From Acidimicrobiales bacterium (lineage in GTDB: Bacteria; Actinomycetota; Acidimicrobiia; Acidimicrobiales; Bog-793): a stretch of 64,000 nt of DNA. Of this stretch, positions 48,673 through 63,273 are shown piece by piece. Under the pieces are notes generated by a model that worked only from the letters and a program-made list of their open reading frames with translations, made no database searches and was not told the DNA's origin. The DNA lies in NCBI GenBank assembly GCA_035625025.1, contig DASPQJ010000054.1:71764-135763 (forward strand), in the 5' to 3' direction. The first letter of the stretch is position 1. Each line of letters begins with the position of its first letter. The translations under genes were made by a program, and so were the position numbers.

Positions 48673-48743
48673 AGCGGGCGACGGGAATCGAACCCGCGTT
48701 CTCAGCTTGGGAAGCTGATGTTCTGCCGCTGAACTACGCCCGC
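48673..48743 (-). tRNA. tRNA-Gly (anticodon CCC), 3' CCA not encoded
   Basis: The reverse complement is GCGGGCGTAGTTCAGCGGCAGAACATCAGCTTCCCAAGCTGAGAACGCGGGTTCGATTCCCGTCGCCCGCT. It folds as a cloverleaf: acceptor GCGGGCG/CGCCCGC, D stem GTTC/GAAC, anticodon stem TCAGC/GCTGA with loop TTCCCAA, T-loop TTCGATT, and discriminator U. The next bases are CAC, not CCA. Confidence 0.95.
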
Positions 48744-48825
48744 GTGCCCGGCCGGACAACTCCAACCGCCCGGACGACTCCGGAGCGGCCAAGTTGTCGT
48801 GGTCACTGTATCGTGCGAATCGAAG

Positions 48826-49404
48826 ATGATCCTTTCCGACAGGTCCATTCGCGAGGAGCTAGCTACAGGTCGCATCGTCATCGACCCGCTCGATGAGGCC
48901 GCCATCCAGCCCTCCTCGGTCGACCTCCACGTCGACCGCTACTTCCGCGTCTTTCGGAGCCACACCGAGCGCGTTATCGACGTGAAGAAGAACCAGGAAT
49001 CGCTCACCGAGCTCGTCGAGATCGGACCGGGGGAGTCGCTGATCCTCCATCCGGGCGAGTTCGTTCTCGGCTCGACGCTCGAGCGGGTGGCGCTGGCGGC
49101 AGATCTCGTCGGCCGTCTCGAGGGCAAGTCGGGGCTCGGCCGGCTGGGACTTCTCATCCACTCCACTGCCGGATTTGTCGACCCGGGGTTCGATGGGTAT
49201 CTCACCCTCGAGCTGTCGAACGTCGCCAGCCTGCCGATCACGGTCTACCCGGGGATGAAGATCGGCCAGATCAGCTTCCTGTGCATGACCTCGCCGGCCG
49301 AGCGACCTTACGGCTCCTCATCGCTCGGTTCGAAGTACCAGAACCAGCGTGGACCGACGCCGAGCCGCTACTTCGAGAATTTCCGGGACGATTCCCGCCG
49401 CTAA
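48826..49404 (+). CDS. dcd: dCTP deaminase
   Basis: [63 protein letters not shown].. are typical Dcd motifs. The start is ATG 48826 rather than the track GTG 48799. Confidence 0.94.
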   Translation: MILSDRSIREELATGRIVIDPLDEAAIQPSSVDLHVDRYFRVFRSHTERVIDVKKNQESLTELVEIGPGESLILHPGEFVLGSTLERVALAADLVGRLEGKSGLGRLGLLIHSTAGFVDPGFDGYLTLELSNVASLPITVYPGMKIGQISFLCMTSPAERPYGSSSLGSKYQNQRGPTPSRYFENFRDDSRR

Positions 49405-49438
49405 CGGCCGGAATTGGCCGGGCAGCGCAAGGGGCCTT

Positions 49439-50182
49439 CTAGCCCGCCTGACGGGCGACCGCCTCGGCCGCCGCCCGAATCGCTTCGGGATCGCCGAGGT
49501 AACGGGCGGAGACGACGTGCAGGCCGTCGTCGAGCTCGTAGACGCGGGGCACTCCCGTCGGGATGTCAAGATCGACGATATCGTCGTCGCTGATGTGCTC
49601 GATGTACTTGGCGAGGGCCCGCAAGCTATTGCCGTGCGCGACGACGAGCACCGTGCGCCCTGCGAGGAGGTCCTTGCCTATCCGGTCCTCGAAGTAGGGG
49701 ACCAGTCGGCGCACGACATCGGCGAGACACTCCGAACCCGGGAGGGCGTCCGGGGGGACGTCGGCGTAGCGGGGGTCGTTCACCGGGTGGTTCGGGTCGT
49801 CGACGCCGACCGGGTCGGGCGGGGTGAGGTAACCCCGGCGCCACGCCTTCACCTGGTCGGGGCCGAAGCGCTCCGAGGCCTCCTTCTTGTTCATCCCCTG
49901 AAGCCGGCCGTAGTGCCGCTCGTTCAACCGCCAGTGGCGGTGAACGGGAAGGTAGCTGCGACCGGCGACGGAAAGCGCGAGGTCGGAGCTGCGGACTGCC
50001 CGCGTAAGCACGGAGGTGTGGACGACATCGATCGCGAGACCCGGTTCCGCGGCGAGCAGCGCGCCAGCAGCCCGAGCTTCCTCTTCGCCTTGCGGCGACA
50101 GGTCGACGTCGACCCACCCGGTGAACAGGTTTGCGGCGTTCCACTGGCTCTCGCCGTGGCGGAGGATGACGAGGGTGTGCAC
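49439..50182 (-). CDS. gpmA: 2,3-bisphosphoglycerate-dependent phosphoglycerate mutase
   Basis: VHTLVILRHGESQWNAANLFTGWVDVDLS.. (RHGE catalytic motif) and ..VAHGNSLRAL... The start is GTG 50182; the track ORF is over-extended to 50299. Confidence 0.94.
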   Translation of the reverse strand: MHTLVILRHGESQWNAANLFTGWVDVDLSPQGEEEARAAGALLAAEPGLAIDVVHTSVLTRAVRSSDLALSVAGRSYLPVHRHWRLNERHYGRLQGMNKKEASERFGPDQVKAWRRGYLTPPDPVGVDDPNHPVNDPRYADVPPDALPGSECLADVVRRLVPYFEDRIGKDLLAGRTVLVVAHGNSLRALAKYIEHISDDDIVDLDIPTGVPRVYELDDGLHVVSARYLGDPEAIRAAAEAVARQAG

Positions 50183-50385
50183 CGGCCCAGGGTAGCGAGA
50201 GACGGCGATCCCGTGTGACGACGGCGATCTCGCGCGGCCCAGGCCCAATCGGTGCCCGACTCCCGAGATCGGGGCGCGGCGTCGCGACGATCGCGGCAAC
50301 GTCTGAGTCCCCGGGTACTACCGGTCGTCGGGCGGGAGGGAGACAGGTCTCAGAATTGGCCTGGGAGCTGCTTTCTTTCTTCAGG

Positions 50386-50432
50386 TGTCAAAGTTGACAA
50401 GAGAGCACTTAGATTTGCTATAGTCGTTGACA
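50386..50432 (+). promoter_or_regulatory. dnaK operon promoter region with TGTCAA/TTGACA palindrome and repeated GTTGACAA (candidate heat-shock operator plus -35/-10)
   Basis: An AT-rich island holds the palindrome TGTCAAagTTGACA (50386-50399). The TTGACA serves as a -35, with an extended -10-like TGcTATAGT at 50416-50424. A second GTTGACAA sits at 50426-50433. The element lies ~75-120 nt upstream of the dnaK ATG. Confidence 0.45.
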
Positions 50433-50506
50433 ACAAGCCGGGTGGCAGGCGGCGCTACGCCGCCGGTCGCCCGGGCAGGTCATCTCAGGGAGTGGAGGCA
50501 GGACGA

Positions 50507-52360
50507 ATGGCAAAGGCGGTCGGTATCGACCTCGGAACGACGAACTCCGTCGTCAGCGTCCTCGAAGGCGGTGAGCCAACGGTCATCCCGAACGCCGAGG
50601 GGGGCCGCACAACCCCGTCGGTTGTGGCGTTCGCGAAGTCGGGTGAGGTACTCGTCGGCGAGGTCGCGAAGCGTCAAGCGATCACGAACCCCGACCGGAC
50701 GGTTCGGTCGGTGAAGCGGCAGATGGGCACGAGCTGGACGGTCGATATCGACGGCAAGGCCTACACCGCACAGGAGATCTCCGCCCGCATTCTCCAGAAG
50801 CTGAAGAGGGACGCGGAGGCGTTTCTCGGCGATGCGGTGAACCAGGCTGTGATCACCGTTCCGGCGTACTTCGACGATGCGCAGCGCACCGCGACGAAAG
50901 AAGCGGGCCAGATCGCGGGGCTGGAGGTGTTGCGGATCATCAACGAGCCGACAGCGGCCGCGCTGGCCTACGGGCTCGACAAGGAAGGTGCCGACCAGAC
51001 GATCCTCGTTTTCGACCTCGGCGGCGGGACGTTCGACGTCTCGATCCTCGAAATCGGTGAGGGTGTCTTCGAGGTGAAGTCGACCTCCGGCAATACTCAT
51101 CTCGGCGGTGACGACTGGGACCAGCGCGTCATCGACTGGCTCGTGAAGTCGTTCAAGGACACCGAGGGCGTTGACCTGTCGAATGACAGGATGGCGTTGC
51201 AGCGGCTGAAGGAAGCCGCCGAGAAGGCCAAGATCGAGCTCTCCGCCGTTCAGGAGACGACGATCAACCTCCCGTTCATCACGGCCACGTCGGAAGGACC
51301 GAAGCACCTCGACATCAAGCTCACGCGCGCGAAGTTCGAGGAGCTCACGGAGGACCTAGTCCAGGCGTGTCGCGGTCCCTTCGAGCAGGCGATGAAGGAC
51401 GCCGGCGTCACCAACGCGGACATCCACCACGTCATCCTCGTTGGCGGCTCGACACGGATGCCCGCCGTCCAGCAGCTCGTCCACGACCTGTCCGGCAAGG
51501 AGGCCCACAAGGGTGTCAACCCCGACGAGGTTGTCGCGGTCGGCGCGGCGATCCAAGCCGGGGTCCTGAAGGGCGAGGTCAAGGACATCCTGCTCCTCGA
51601 CGTGACCCCGCTCAGCCTCGGGATCGAGACGAAGGGGGGCATCATGCACCGTCTCATCGAGCGGAACTCGACCATCCCGACGAAGCGCTCCGAGGTCTTC
51701 ACGACGGCGGAGGATAACCAGCCGTCTGTCGAGATCCACGTGCTCCAGGGAGAGCGCGAGATGGCGATGTACAACAAGACGCTGGGAAAGTTTCAGCTCG
51801 TCGACCTGCCCCCGGCGCCACAGGGCGTTCCGCAGATCGAGGTGACATTCGACATCGACGCCAACGGCATCGTCCACGTCTCCGCCAAGGACCGCGCGAC
51901 GGGCCGCGAGCAGTCGATGACGATCACCGGCCAGACTTCGCTGCCCCATGACGAGATCGAGCGAATGATCCGGGACGCGGAACAACACGCCGCGGACGAC
52001 CGGCGACGCAAGGAAGAGGCCGAGACGCGCAACCAGGCGGACACCCTCGTCCACCGGACCGAGAAGCTCCTGAAAGACGAGGGCTCGAAGTTCACGGGCG
52101 ACGAGAAGGACCGCGTTGAGTCGGCGCTGAAGGGTCTCAAAGAGGCCCTCGCCGGCACGAACGTCGAAGCTATCCGCTCGGCGTCCGACGCCCTGCTGTC
52201 GGCGTCGCAAGCTTTCGCCCAACGCCTGTACGAACAGGCTTCGGCGCAAGCGGCGACCTCGGGTTCGGGTGGCTCGTCGGACTCCTCCGGGACTCCGCCG
52301 TCCGATGACGAGGTCGTCGACGCCGAGATCGTGGATGACGCGGGGTCGGCTGGCGCATGA
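50507..52360 (+). CDS. dnaK: Molecular chaperone DnaK (Hsp70)
   Basis: [22 protein letters not shown].., [10 protein letters not shown] and ..[11 protein letters not shown]... The track ORF (from 50252) runs through the promoter; the true start is ATG 50507. Confidence 0.98.
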   Translation: MAKAVGIDLGTTNSVVSVLEGGEPTVIPNAEGGRTTPSVVAFAKSGEVLVGEVAKRQAITNPDRTVRSVKRQMGTSWTVDIDGKAYTAQEISARILQKLKRDAEAFLGDAVNQAVITVPAYFDDAQRTATKEAGQIAGLEVLRIINEPTAAALAYGLDKEGADQTILVFDLGGGTFDVSILEIGEGVFEVKSTSGNTHLGGDDWDQRVIDWLVKSFKDTEGVDLSNDRMALQRLKEAAEKAKIELSAVQETTINLPFITATSEGPKHLDIKLTRAKFEELTEDLVQACRGPFEQAMKDAGVTNADIHHVILVGGSTRMPAVQQLVHDLSGKEAHKGVNPDEVVAVGAAIQAGVLKGEVKDILLLDVTPLSLGIETKGGIMHRLIERNSTIPTKRSEVFTTAEDNQPSVEIHVLQGEREMAMYNKTLGKFQLVDLPPAPQGVPQIEVTFDIDANGIVHVSAKDRATGREQSMTITGQTSLPHDEIERMIRDAEQHAADDRRRKEEAETRNQADTLVHRTEKLLKDEGSKFTGDEKDRVESALKGLKEALAGTNVEAIRSASDALLSASQAFAQRLYEQASAQAATSGSGGSSDSSGTPPSDDEVVDAEIVDDAGSAGA

Positions 52361-52962
52361 CCGGGGACGATCCCCTTGTCGAGACGGGACAGCACGAGCC
52401 CGAGTTGACAGACGAAGGGCGTGACGTCGTTCCCGAGGACGGTCCAGCTCCGGGGGCTGCCGCGGAGACCACGCCCGGAGATCTCGCAAGCCTGACCGCT
52501 GAGCGCGACGAGTACCTCGACGCCCTGCGCCGGCTCCAGGCGGAATTCGAGAACTTCCGGAAGCGGACCCTGCGTCAGCAGACCGACCTGTTGTCGCGAG
52601 CGTCAGAGGGCGTCATGGAGAAGCTCTTCCCCGTGCTCGACGCGCTCGATCTCGCCCTCGCTCATGCCGGGGAGAAGGTTACGACCGCCGCCCACCTGAA
52701 GGACGCGCTGGCCCAGATCAATGCGCTCTTGCGCGACACCCTGAGCCAGGAAGGCCTCGAGCGAATCGACGCCTGCGAAGTCCCATTCGACCCGACGATC
52801 CACGACGCCGTGGCGCACATTCCCCGCGACGCGACCGCAGGACCGGATGACGAAACGGAGACTCCGACCGATGACGGGGCCCAGGTCGTCGAGATCATGC
52901 GTGCCGGATACCGACTGAAGGGGCGGGTTTTGCGACCCGCGATGGTGAAGGTGAAGGGCTAG
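52357..52962 (+). CDS. grpE: Nucleotide exchange factor GrpE
   Basis: ..[50 protein letters not shown].. is a typical GrpE. The start overlaps the dnaK stop (ATGA). Confidence 0.95.
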   Translation: MTGDDPLVETGQHEPELTDEGRDVVPEDGPAPGAAAETTPGDLASLTAERDEYLDALRRLQAEFENFRKRTLRQQTDLLSRASEGVMEKLFPVLDALDLALAHAGEKVTTAAHLKDALAQINALLRDTLSQEGLERIDACEVPFDPTIHDAVAHIPRDATAGPDDETETPTDDGAQVVEIMRAGYRLKGRVLRPAMVKVKG

Positions 52963-52968
52963 AGCCGC

Positions 52969-54060
52969 GTGACAGCCCAGCGGGAGTGGTTCGAAACCGA
53001 CTACTACAAGATCCTCGGAGTCCGACCGGACGCACCCGAGAAAGAGATCACACGGGCGTACCGCAAGCTCGCCAAGCAGCACCACCCGGACGCCAATCCC
53101 GGGCACGAGGACCGTTTCAAGGAGATCTCCGCTGCCTATGACGTGCTCGGCGATCCGGAGAAACGCAAGGAATACGACGAAGTGCGTCGCCTGAGCGAGG
53201 CCGGTCCCGGATTCGGTCCCTCGGGCGGCTTCAACTTCAACATCGGCGACTTGTCGGACCTGTTTGGCGGCGTCTTTCGCCAGTCGAGCGGACGTCGGCG
53301 CACCGGCTCGCCGGGTGGTCCCCGGCGCGGCGGAGATGTCGAGGCCGAGCTGCACCTTGCCTTCGCGGAGGCCGTCGAAGGGGTGGTGACGACGGTGAAC
53401 GTGACGACGCCGGTGGCGTGCCACACCTGCGGCGGTTCGGGGTCGAAACCGGGGACGATGCCGGTCGTCTGCCCCCGTTGTGGCGGCTCGGGGGTCGTCA
53501 ACGACAACCAGGGGCTGTTCTCGCTCGCGACGACGTGCACCGAATGCCACGGACGCGGGACGAAGGTCGTCGACCCGTGCGCGACGTGTTTCGGGACCGG
53601 GCTCGAGCGTCGGGAGCGTCGGGTGAAGGTCCGCGTCCCCGCGGGCGTCGAGGATGGCAAGCGCATCCGCGTGAAGGGACGGGGCGAACCCGGTCGAGAC
53701 GGAGGACCTGCCGGCGACCTCTTCGTGACGCTCCACGTCACCCCGCACCCGCTCTTCGGGCGCCGCGGACGCGATCTCACGCTGAATGTCCCGGTCAGCT
53801 ATCCGGAAGCGGCTCTCGGGGCGACAATCACGGTTCCGTCGCTCGGTCGTCCCGTGACATTGAAGATTCCGCCGGGGACCAAGACCGGCCAGGTCCTCCG
53901 CCTCCGCGGCAAGGGCCTCGAGCAGGGGTCGGCCACTGGCGACCTCCTCGTCACGGTCGAGGTCGCCGTCCCGTCCAAGCTCACCGAACCCGAGCGCAAG
54001 GCCATCGAAGCTCTTGCCAAGGCGGCGCCGGCGTCGCCGCGCGCCCACCTCGGGGTCTAA
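52969..54060 (+). CDS. dnaJ: Molecular chaperone DnaJ
   Basis: J-domain DYYKILGV..AYRKLAKQHHPD and four CxxCxGxG zinc-finger repeats (CHTCGGSG, CPRCGGSG, CTECHGRG, CATCFGTG). Confidence 0.97.
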   Translation: MTAQREWFETDYYKILGVRPDAPEKEITRAYRKLAKQHHPDANPGHEDRFKEISAAYDVLGDPEKRKEYDEVRRLSEAGPGFGPSGGFNFNIGDLSDLFGGVFRQSSGRRRTGSPGGPRRGGDVEAELHLAFAEAVEGVVTTVNVTTPVACHTCGGSGSKPGTMPVVCPRCGGSGVVNDNQGLFSLATTCTECHGRGTKVVDPCATCFGTGLERRERRVKVRVPAGVEDGKRIRVKGRGEPGRDGGPAGDLFVTLHVTPHPLFGRRGRDLTLNVPVSYPEAALGATITVPSLGRPVTLKIPPGTKTGQVLRLRGKGLEQGSATGDLLVTVEVAVPSKLTEPERKAIEALAKAAPASPRAHLGV

Positions 54061-54063
54061 ACG

Positions 54064-54470
54064 ATGACCCCTCCTGGAGGCCTCCGTCCCTCGCCCCGGG
54101 CCGTCTACGTGATCTCGATTGCGGCGGAGCTTGCCGGCGTGCACCCGCAGACGCTGCGGATCTACGAGCGCCGGGGACTCCTCGACCCGGAACGGACCGG
54201 AGGCGGGAGCCGACGCTACTCGGACTCGGACATCGCGCAGCTGCGTCGGATCCACGAGCTCACGAGTGCCGGAGTGAATCTCGAGGGCGTGCGGCGGATC
54301 CTCGCGCTCGAGGCCGAAACGGCCCGCCTGCAGGCCGAACTCGACGCCGCCCAGGCCGCGGGGCGAGAAGCCGTGTTGCGCACCCACCGTGAGTACCGCC
54401 GGGATCTCGTTCCGGTTCGCGGCGAGCAGCTGCCGGCGACGCGCCGTCCCGAGGTGCGGAGGATCGACTG

Positions 54471-54471
<1 letters not shown>
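54064..54471 (+). CDS. hspR: Heat-shock transcriptional repressor HspR (MerR family)
   Basis: MerR HTH ..[43 protein letters not shown].. in the canonical position after dnaJ. Confidence 0.92.
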
Positions 54472-59570
<5,099 letters not shown>

Positions 59571-59574
<4 letters not shown>

Positions 59575-60899
59575 TCGGCCGGTACGCGCTTCCCGAGATG
59601 GCGGAGTTGTTCACCGACGAGGCGCGCTTTTCGCTCTGGCTCGAGATCGAGTTGCTCGCCGTCGAGGGGTGGTCGAAGCTCGGCGTCGTGACGGCGGAGG
59701 CCGCCCTCCGAGCGCGGCAACGGGCGCCGAGGGTTGACGCGGCTTTCGTCGCCGCCGTTGCCGAGCGTGAGAGTGTGACGGACCACGACGTCGCCGCCTT
59801 CGTCGACGTCGTGAGCCAGGCGATTGGTCAGCCAGAGAACGCCTGGATCCACCACGGGCTGACTTCGTCTGACGTCGTCGACACCGCGCTGTCGGTGACG
59901 CTGTGCCGAGCCGGCGACCTCCTCGTCGGGGCAGCCGCCGGCCTCGTCGACGTGCTGAGGCGCCGTGCCACGGAGTTCGCGTCGACGCCGATCGTCGGTC
60001 GCACCCACGGCATGCACGCCGAGCCGACGACGTTCGGGGCCAAGCTCGCGCTCTTCTGCCTGCAGGCTGAACGGGACCGCATTCGGCTGGAACAGGCCCG
60101 TGCCACGGTCGCAGTCGGCAAGATCTCCGGGGCCGTCGGGACGTACTCGAACATCGACCCGGGCATCGAAGCATACGTCTGCGCGGCACTGGGGCTGACT
60201 CCGACGCCGGCGAACCAGGTGATCGCCCGCGACCGTCACGCGCAGTTCCTCTACGCCATCGCCTCGACCGGGGCGACGATCGAGGCGATTGCCACCGAGC
60301 TGCGGCACCTCCAGCGCAGCGAGGTCGCCGAGGTCGAAGAGTCCTTCGGCGCGGGCCAGAAAGGCTCCTCGGCGATGCCCCACAAACGGAACCCGATCAC
60401 CGCCGAGCGCCTCGTGGGGATCGCGCGCGTACTTCGTGGCTACCTCGTCGCCGGGCTCGAAGACGTCACGCTCTGGCACGAGCGCGACATCTCACATAGC
60501 TCGGTCGAGCGAATCGTCCTGCCGGACGCCAGCCAGCTCTGCTACTACGCGCTCGCGCGGGCCTCCCGCCTCGTCGACGGCCTCGTCGTTCAGGCCGACC
60601 GGATGCGCCAGAACCTGCTCGAGGGTTCGCACGGGCTCGTGTTCTCCCAACCTGTCCTGCTCGCGCTGGTCACCGCGGGATGCGACCGAGCCGACGCCTA
60701 CGAGATCGTGCAACGTGACGCCCGCCGCGCCGCTGAGGAGGGGCGATCGTTCCGGGCGGTGCTCGAGGCGGATGACCACCTGGTCGCCGCGCTCGGAGTC
60801 GAGCGCGTGAGGATCGTCCTCGACGAGGCGTTCGACCTCGAGCGGGCACTGCGGCACGCCCACCGCACGACCGACGCCCTAGGCGAGGTGGAAGGGTGA
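59571..60899 (+). CDS. purB: Adenylosuccinate lyase
   Basis: Fumarate-lyase signature GSSAMPHKRNP, 442 aa, with a GTGA overlap to purD. Confidence 0.95.
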
Positions 60900-61783
60900 C
60901 GCTCGAGCTCGTCTACTCCGGCAAGGTGCGCGACCTCTACGACGCCGGCGACGGTCTGTTGCTCGTCGTCGCGTCCGACCGGATCTCGGCCTACGACTTC
61001 GTCTTTGACAAGCCGGTGCCGGACAAAGGGCGCGTGCTCACGGCGATGACGGTCTACTGGAGCGGCGAGCTCTGTTCCTTGGCGCCGACGCATCTCGTGA
61101 GCGCCGACCCCGCCCGTTTCCCGGCGGAGACGCAGGATTGGCCCGGACTCGCGGGCCGGGGGATGCTCGTCCGGCGGGCCGAGATGCTCCCGATCGAGTG
61201 CGTCGTTCGGGGCTACTTGGCCGGTTCGGCCTGGCGGGAGTACCGGGAGAGGGGAACGATGCACGGCGAGCCGCTGGCCGTGGGTCTCGTCGAGGCCTGC
61301 CGGTTGCCCGAGCCGGTCTTCACGCCGTCGACGAAGGCGGTGAAGGGGCACGACGAGAACATCAGTTTCGCTGCCGCCGCGGCCCTGATCGGCGCCGAGC
61401 TCGCGGGGCGAGTGCGACAGCTCTGTGTCGCGGCGTACACGAGGGCTGGCGCGATCGCGCTCGGACGGGGTGTCATCATCGCCGACACGAAGTTCGAGCT
61501 CGGGTTGGTCGACGGCGAGCTCACGATCTGCGACGAGATCATCACGCCGGACTCCTCGCGCCTGTGGGACGCGGCGGCCTGGGTCTCGGGGCTGGTCCCG
61601 CCCGCGTTCGACAAGCAGCCGATGCGCGACTGGGCGGCAGCGACCGGTTGGGACATGGCGTCGCCGCCTCCGCCCTTACCGGCCGAAGTCGTCGCGTCGA
61701 CGCGCGCCCGCTACATCGACGCCTACGAGAGGGTCACCGGTCTGCGTTTCGCCGACTGGTGGAATGACGGGGGGGAAACGTGA
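60896..61783 (+). CDS. purC: Phosphoribosylaminoimidazole-succinocarboxamide (SAICAR) synthase
   Basis: ..LVYSGKVRDLY..LLVVASDRISAYD..IADTKFELG.. motifs, with a GTGA overlap to purB. Confidence 0.94.
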   Translation: MTLELVYSGKVRDLYDAGDGLLLVVASDRISAYDFVFDKPVPDKGRVLTAMTVYWSGELCSLAPTHLVSADPARFPAETQDWPGLAGRGMLVRRAEMLPIECVVRGYLAGSAWREYRERGTMHGEPLAVGLVEACRLPEPVFTPSTKAVKGHDENISFAAAAALIGAELAGRVRQLCVAAYTRAGAIALGRGVIIADTKFELGLVDGELTICDEIITPDSSRLWDAAAWVSGLVPPAFDKQPMRDWAAATGWDMASPPPPLPAEVVASTRARYIDAYERVTGLRFADWWNDGGET

Positions 61784-62049
61784 ATTATGGCATCGTCGTC
61801 GAGATCCGAGGCCTCACAGGGCTGGCCGATCCCGAGGGTCTCGCCATCGAGCGGGCGCTCCCCTCGCTCGGTTTCGCCGGCGTGGAGGGCGTCCACGTGG
61901 GCAAGGTCTTCCGCTTCTCGGTCGACGCGCCCAGCGCGGCCGAGGCACGAAGAACGGCCCAGGAGATGTGTGACCGACTGCTTGCCAACCCGGTGATCGA
62001 GCGCGCCGAGATTCGCGTCCTCGACGACCCGCCGGAGTCTTCGACGTGA
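61780..62049 (+). CDS. purS: Phosphoribosylformylglycinamidine synthase subunit PurS
   Basis: 89-aa ORF ..VVEIRGLTGLADPEGLAIERALPSLGF.. in the purC-purS-purQ order, with a GTGA overlap. Confidence 0.9.
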   Translation: MNYGIVVEIRGLTGLADPEGLAIERALPSLGFAGVEGVHVGKVFRFSVDAPSAAEARRTAQEMCDRLLANPVIERAEIRVLDDPPESST

Positions 62050-62759
62050 CGGCGGATGTCGGGATCGTCTGTTTTCCGGGGTCGAATTGCGAGCACGATG
62101 TCGCGCAGGCGCTTCAAGGGCTTGGTGCGTCGACGCGGTTTCTCTGGCACGGCGCGGATCAGGTCGGGGAGATCGGTGCCGTCGTCATCCCGGGGGGATT
62201 CGCGCACGGCGATTACCTCCGGCCTGGTGCGATCGCTCGCTTTTCCCCGATTATGCGGGCGGTGGCCAACTTCGCCGTCGACGGCGGTCCAGTCCTCGGG
62301 ATCTGCAACGGCTTCCAGGTGCTCACCGAGGCGGGGCTGCTCCCCGGCGCGCTGACGCGCAACATCGGACTTCGGTTCATCTGTCAGACGGTCGAGTGCA
62401 CGGTCGAATCGGTCGCGAGCGTGCTGACGTCAGCCGCGACGCCGGGGTCGGTGCTCCGGCTCCCGATCAACCACTACGAGGGCAACTACACCTGCGACCC
62501 GGCGACACTCGCCGAGATCGAGGCGCGCGGCCAGATCGTGCTCCGCTATCGGGAGAACCCGAACGGCGCGATGAATGCAATCGCCGGGGTGCGGAATCCC
62601 ACGGGCAACGTCGTCGGTCTCATGCCCCACCCCGAGCGCGCCTCCGACCCGCTCGGGGTCGGGACGGACGGCGTCGTGCTCCTGCAGTCGCTGCTCGTTG
62701 CGGCGCTCGCCAGACGCGGTGTCAGCCGGCGCCCCGCGCCAGGTGACGCGGCGAGTTAG
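62046..62759 (+). CDS. purQ: Phosphoribosylformylglycinamidine synthase glutaminase subunit PurQ
   Basis: ..GIVCFPGSNCEHD..VIPGGFAHGDYLR.. with the catalytic Cys in GICNGFQVL and ..MPHPER... Confidence 0.95.
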   Translation: MTADVGIVCFPGSNCEHDVAQALQGLGASTRFLWHGADQVGEIGAVVIPGGFAHGDYLRPGAIARFSPIMRAVANFAVDGGPVLGICNGFQVLTEAGLLPGALTRNIGLRFICQTVECTVESVASVLTSAATPGSVLRLPINHYEGNYTCDPATLAEIEARGQIVLRYRENPNGAMNAIAGVRNPTGNVVGLMPHPERASDPLGVGTDGVVLLQSLLVAALARRGVSRRPAPGDAAS

Positions 62760-63175
62760 GCCCCGGCGCCTCGGTGGACACCCGCGCGACGCAGCACCTC
62801 GGCGGGGACCCCCGCCTCGCGCCAGGTGGCGTAGTCGATGCCCTTGCGGGCGCCGTACTCGGCTGCGGCGCTGACGAAGCCCTTCTCAAGTGCCGAGATG
62901 TCTTCCGGACCGCTTCCGGCCGACAGTCGGGCCTCGATGCTCTTGCGGCGCTGAATGAGGTGAAGTCGCTGCAGCGGATCGGCGTCCTTCAGACGGGCGG
63001 AGATTTCGTTGAGTTGCTTGCGAAGCGACTCTGCACTGGGACGACGACCTCGGCGCGGGCGATTGCGCTCGAGCGCTTCCAGGTAACGCCGCACGGCGAG
63101 CCCTTGCGTCCGGCCCGCAGCGAGCGCCGCCTTGTGCTCGGAGGTCATCGAAGTTCGCTTTCTTGGTGGTGTCAT
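62756..63175 (-). CDS. Hypothetical basic protein inserted antisense between purQ and purL
   Basis: 139-aa ORF (or 130 aa from ATG 63148). It has a basic, helical N-terminal part (EHKAALAAGRTQGLAVRRYLEALERNRPRRGRRPS..) and a C-terminal ..KGIDYATWREAGVPAEVLRRAGV. I can name no family. Confidence 0.5.
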   Translation of the reverse strand: MTPPRKRTSMTSEHKAALAAGRTQGLAVRRYLEALERNRPRRGRRPSAESLRKQLNEISARLKDADPLQRLHLIQRRKSIEARLSAGSGPEDISALEKGFVSAAAEYGARKGIDYATWREAGVPAEVLRRAGVHRGAGA

Positions 63176-63273
63176 AACTCCACTATGACCGCGGACAGAA
63201 TCGAATGCAATACGTTAATGGCCGTTGGCAAGATTGTTCATTTCATGACGTCGTCGGGAAGGGGCAGAAGTAA

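Noticed and set aside
50302-50322. Possible HAIR-like element TCTGAGT-ccccggg-TACTACC upstream of dnaK
   Set aside because: Only the left half resembles CTTGAGT. The right half matches ACTCAAG at about half its positions, which is too weak to call.
50252-50506. 85-codon upstream extension of the dnaK ORF
   Set aside because: It runs through the AT-rich promoter and operator island. DnaK homology starts exactly at [14 protein letters not shown] (ATG 50507).
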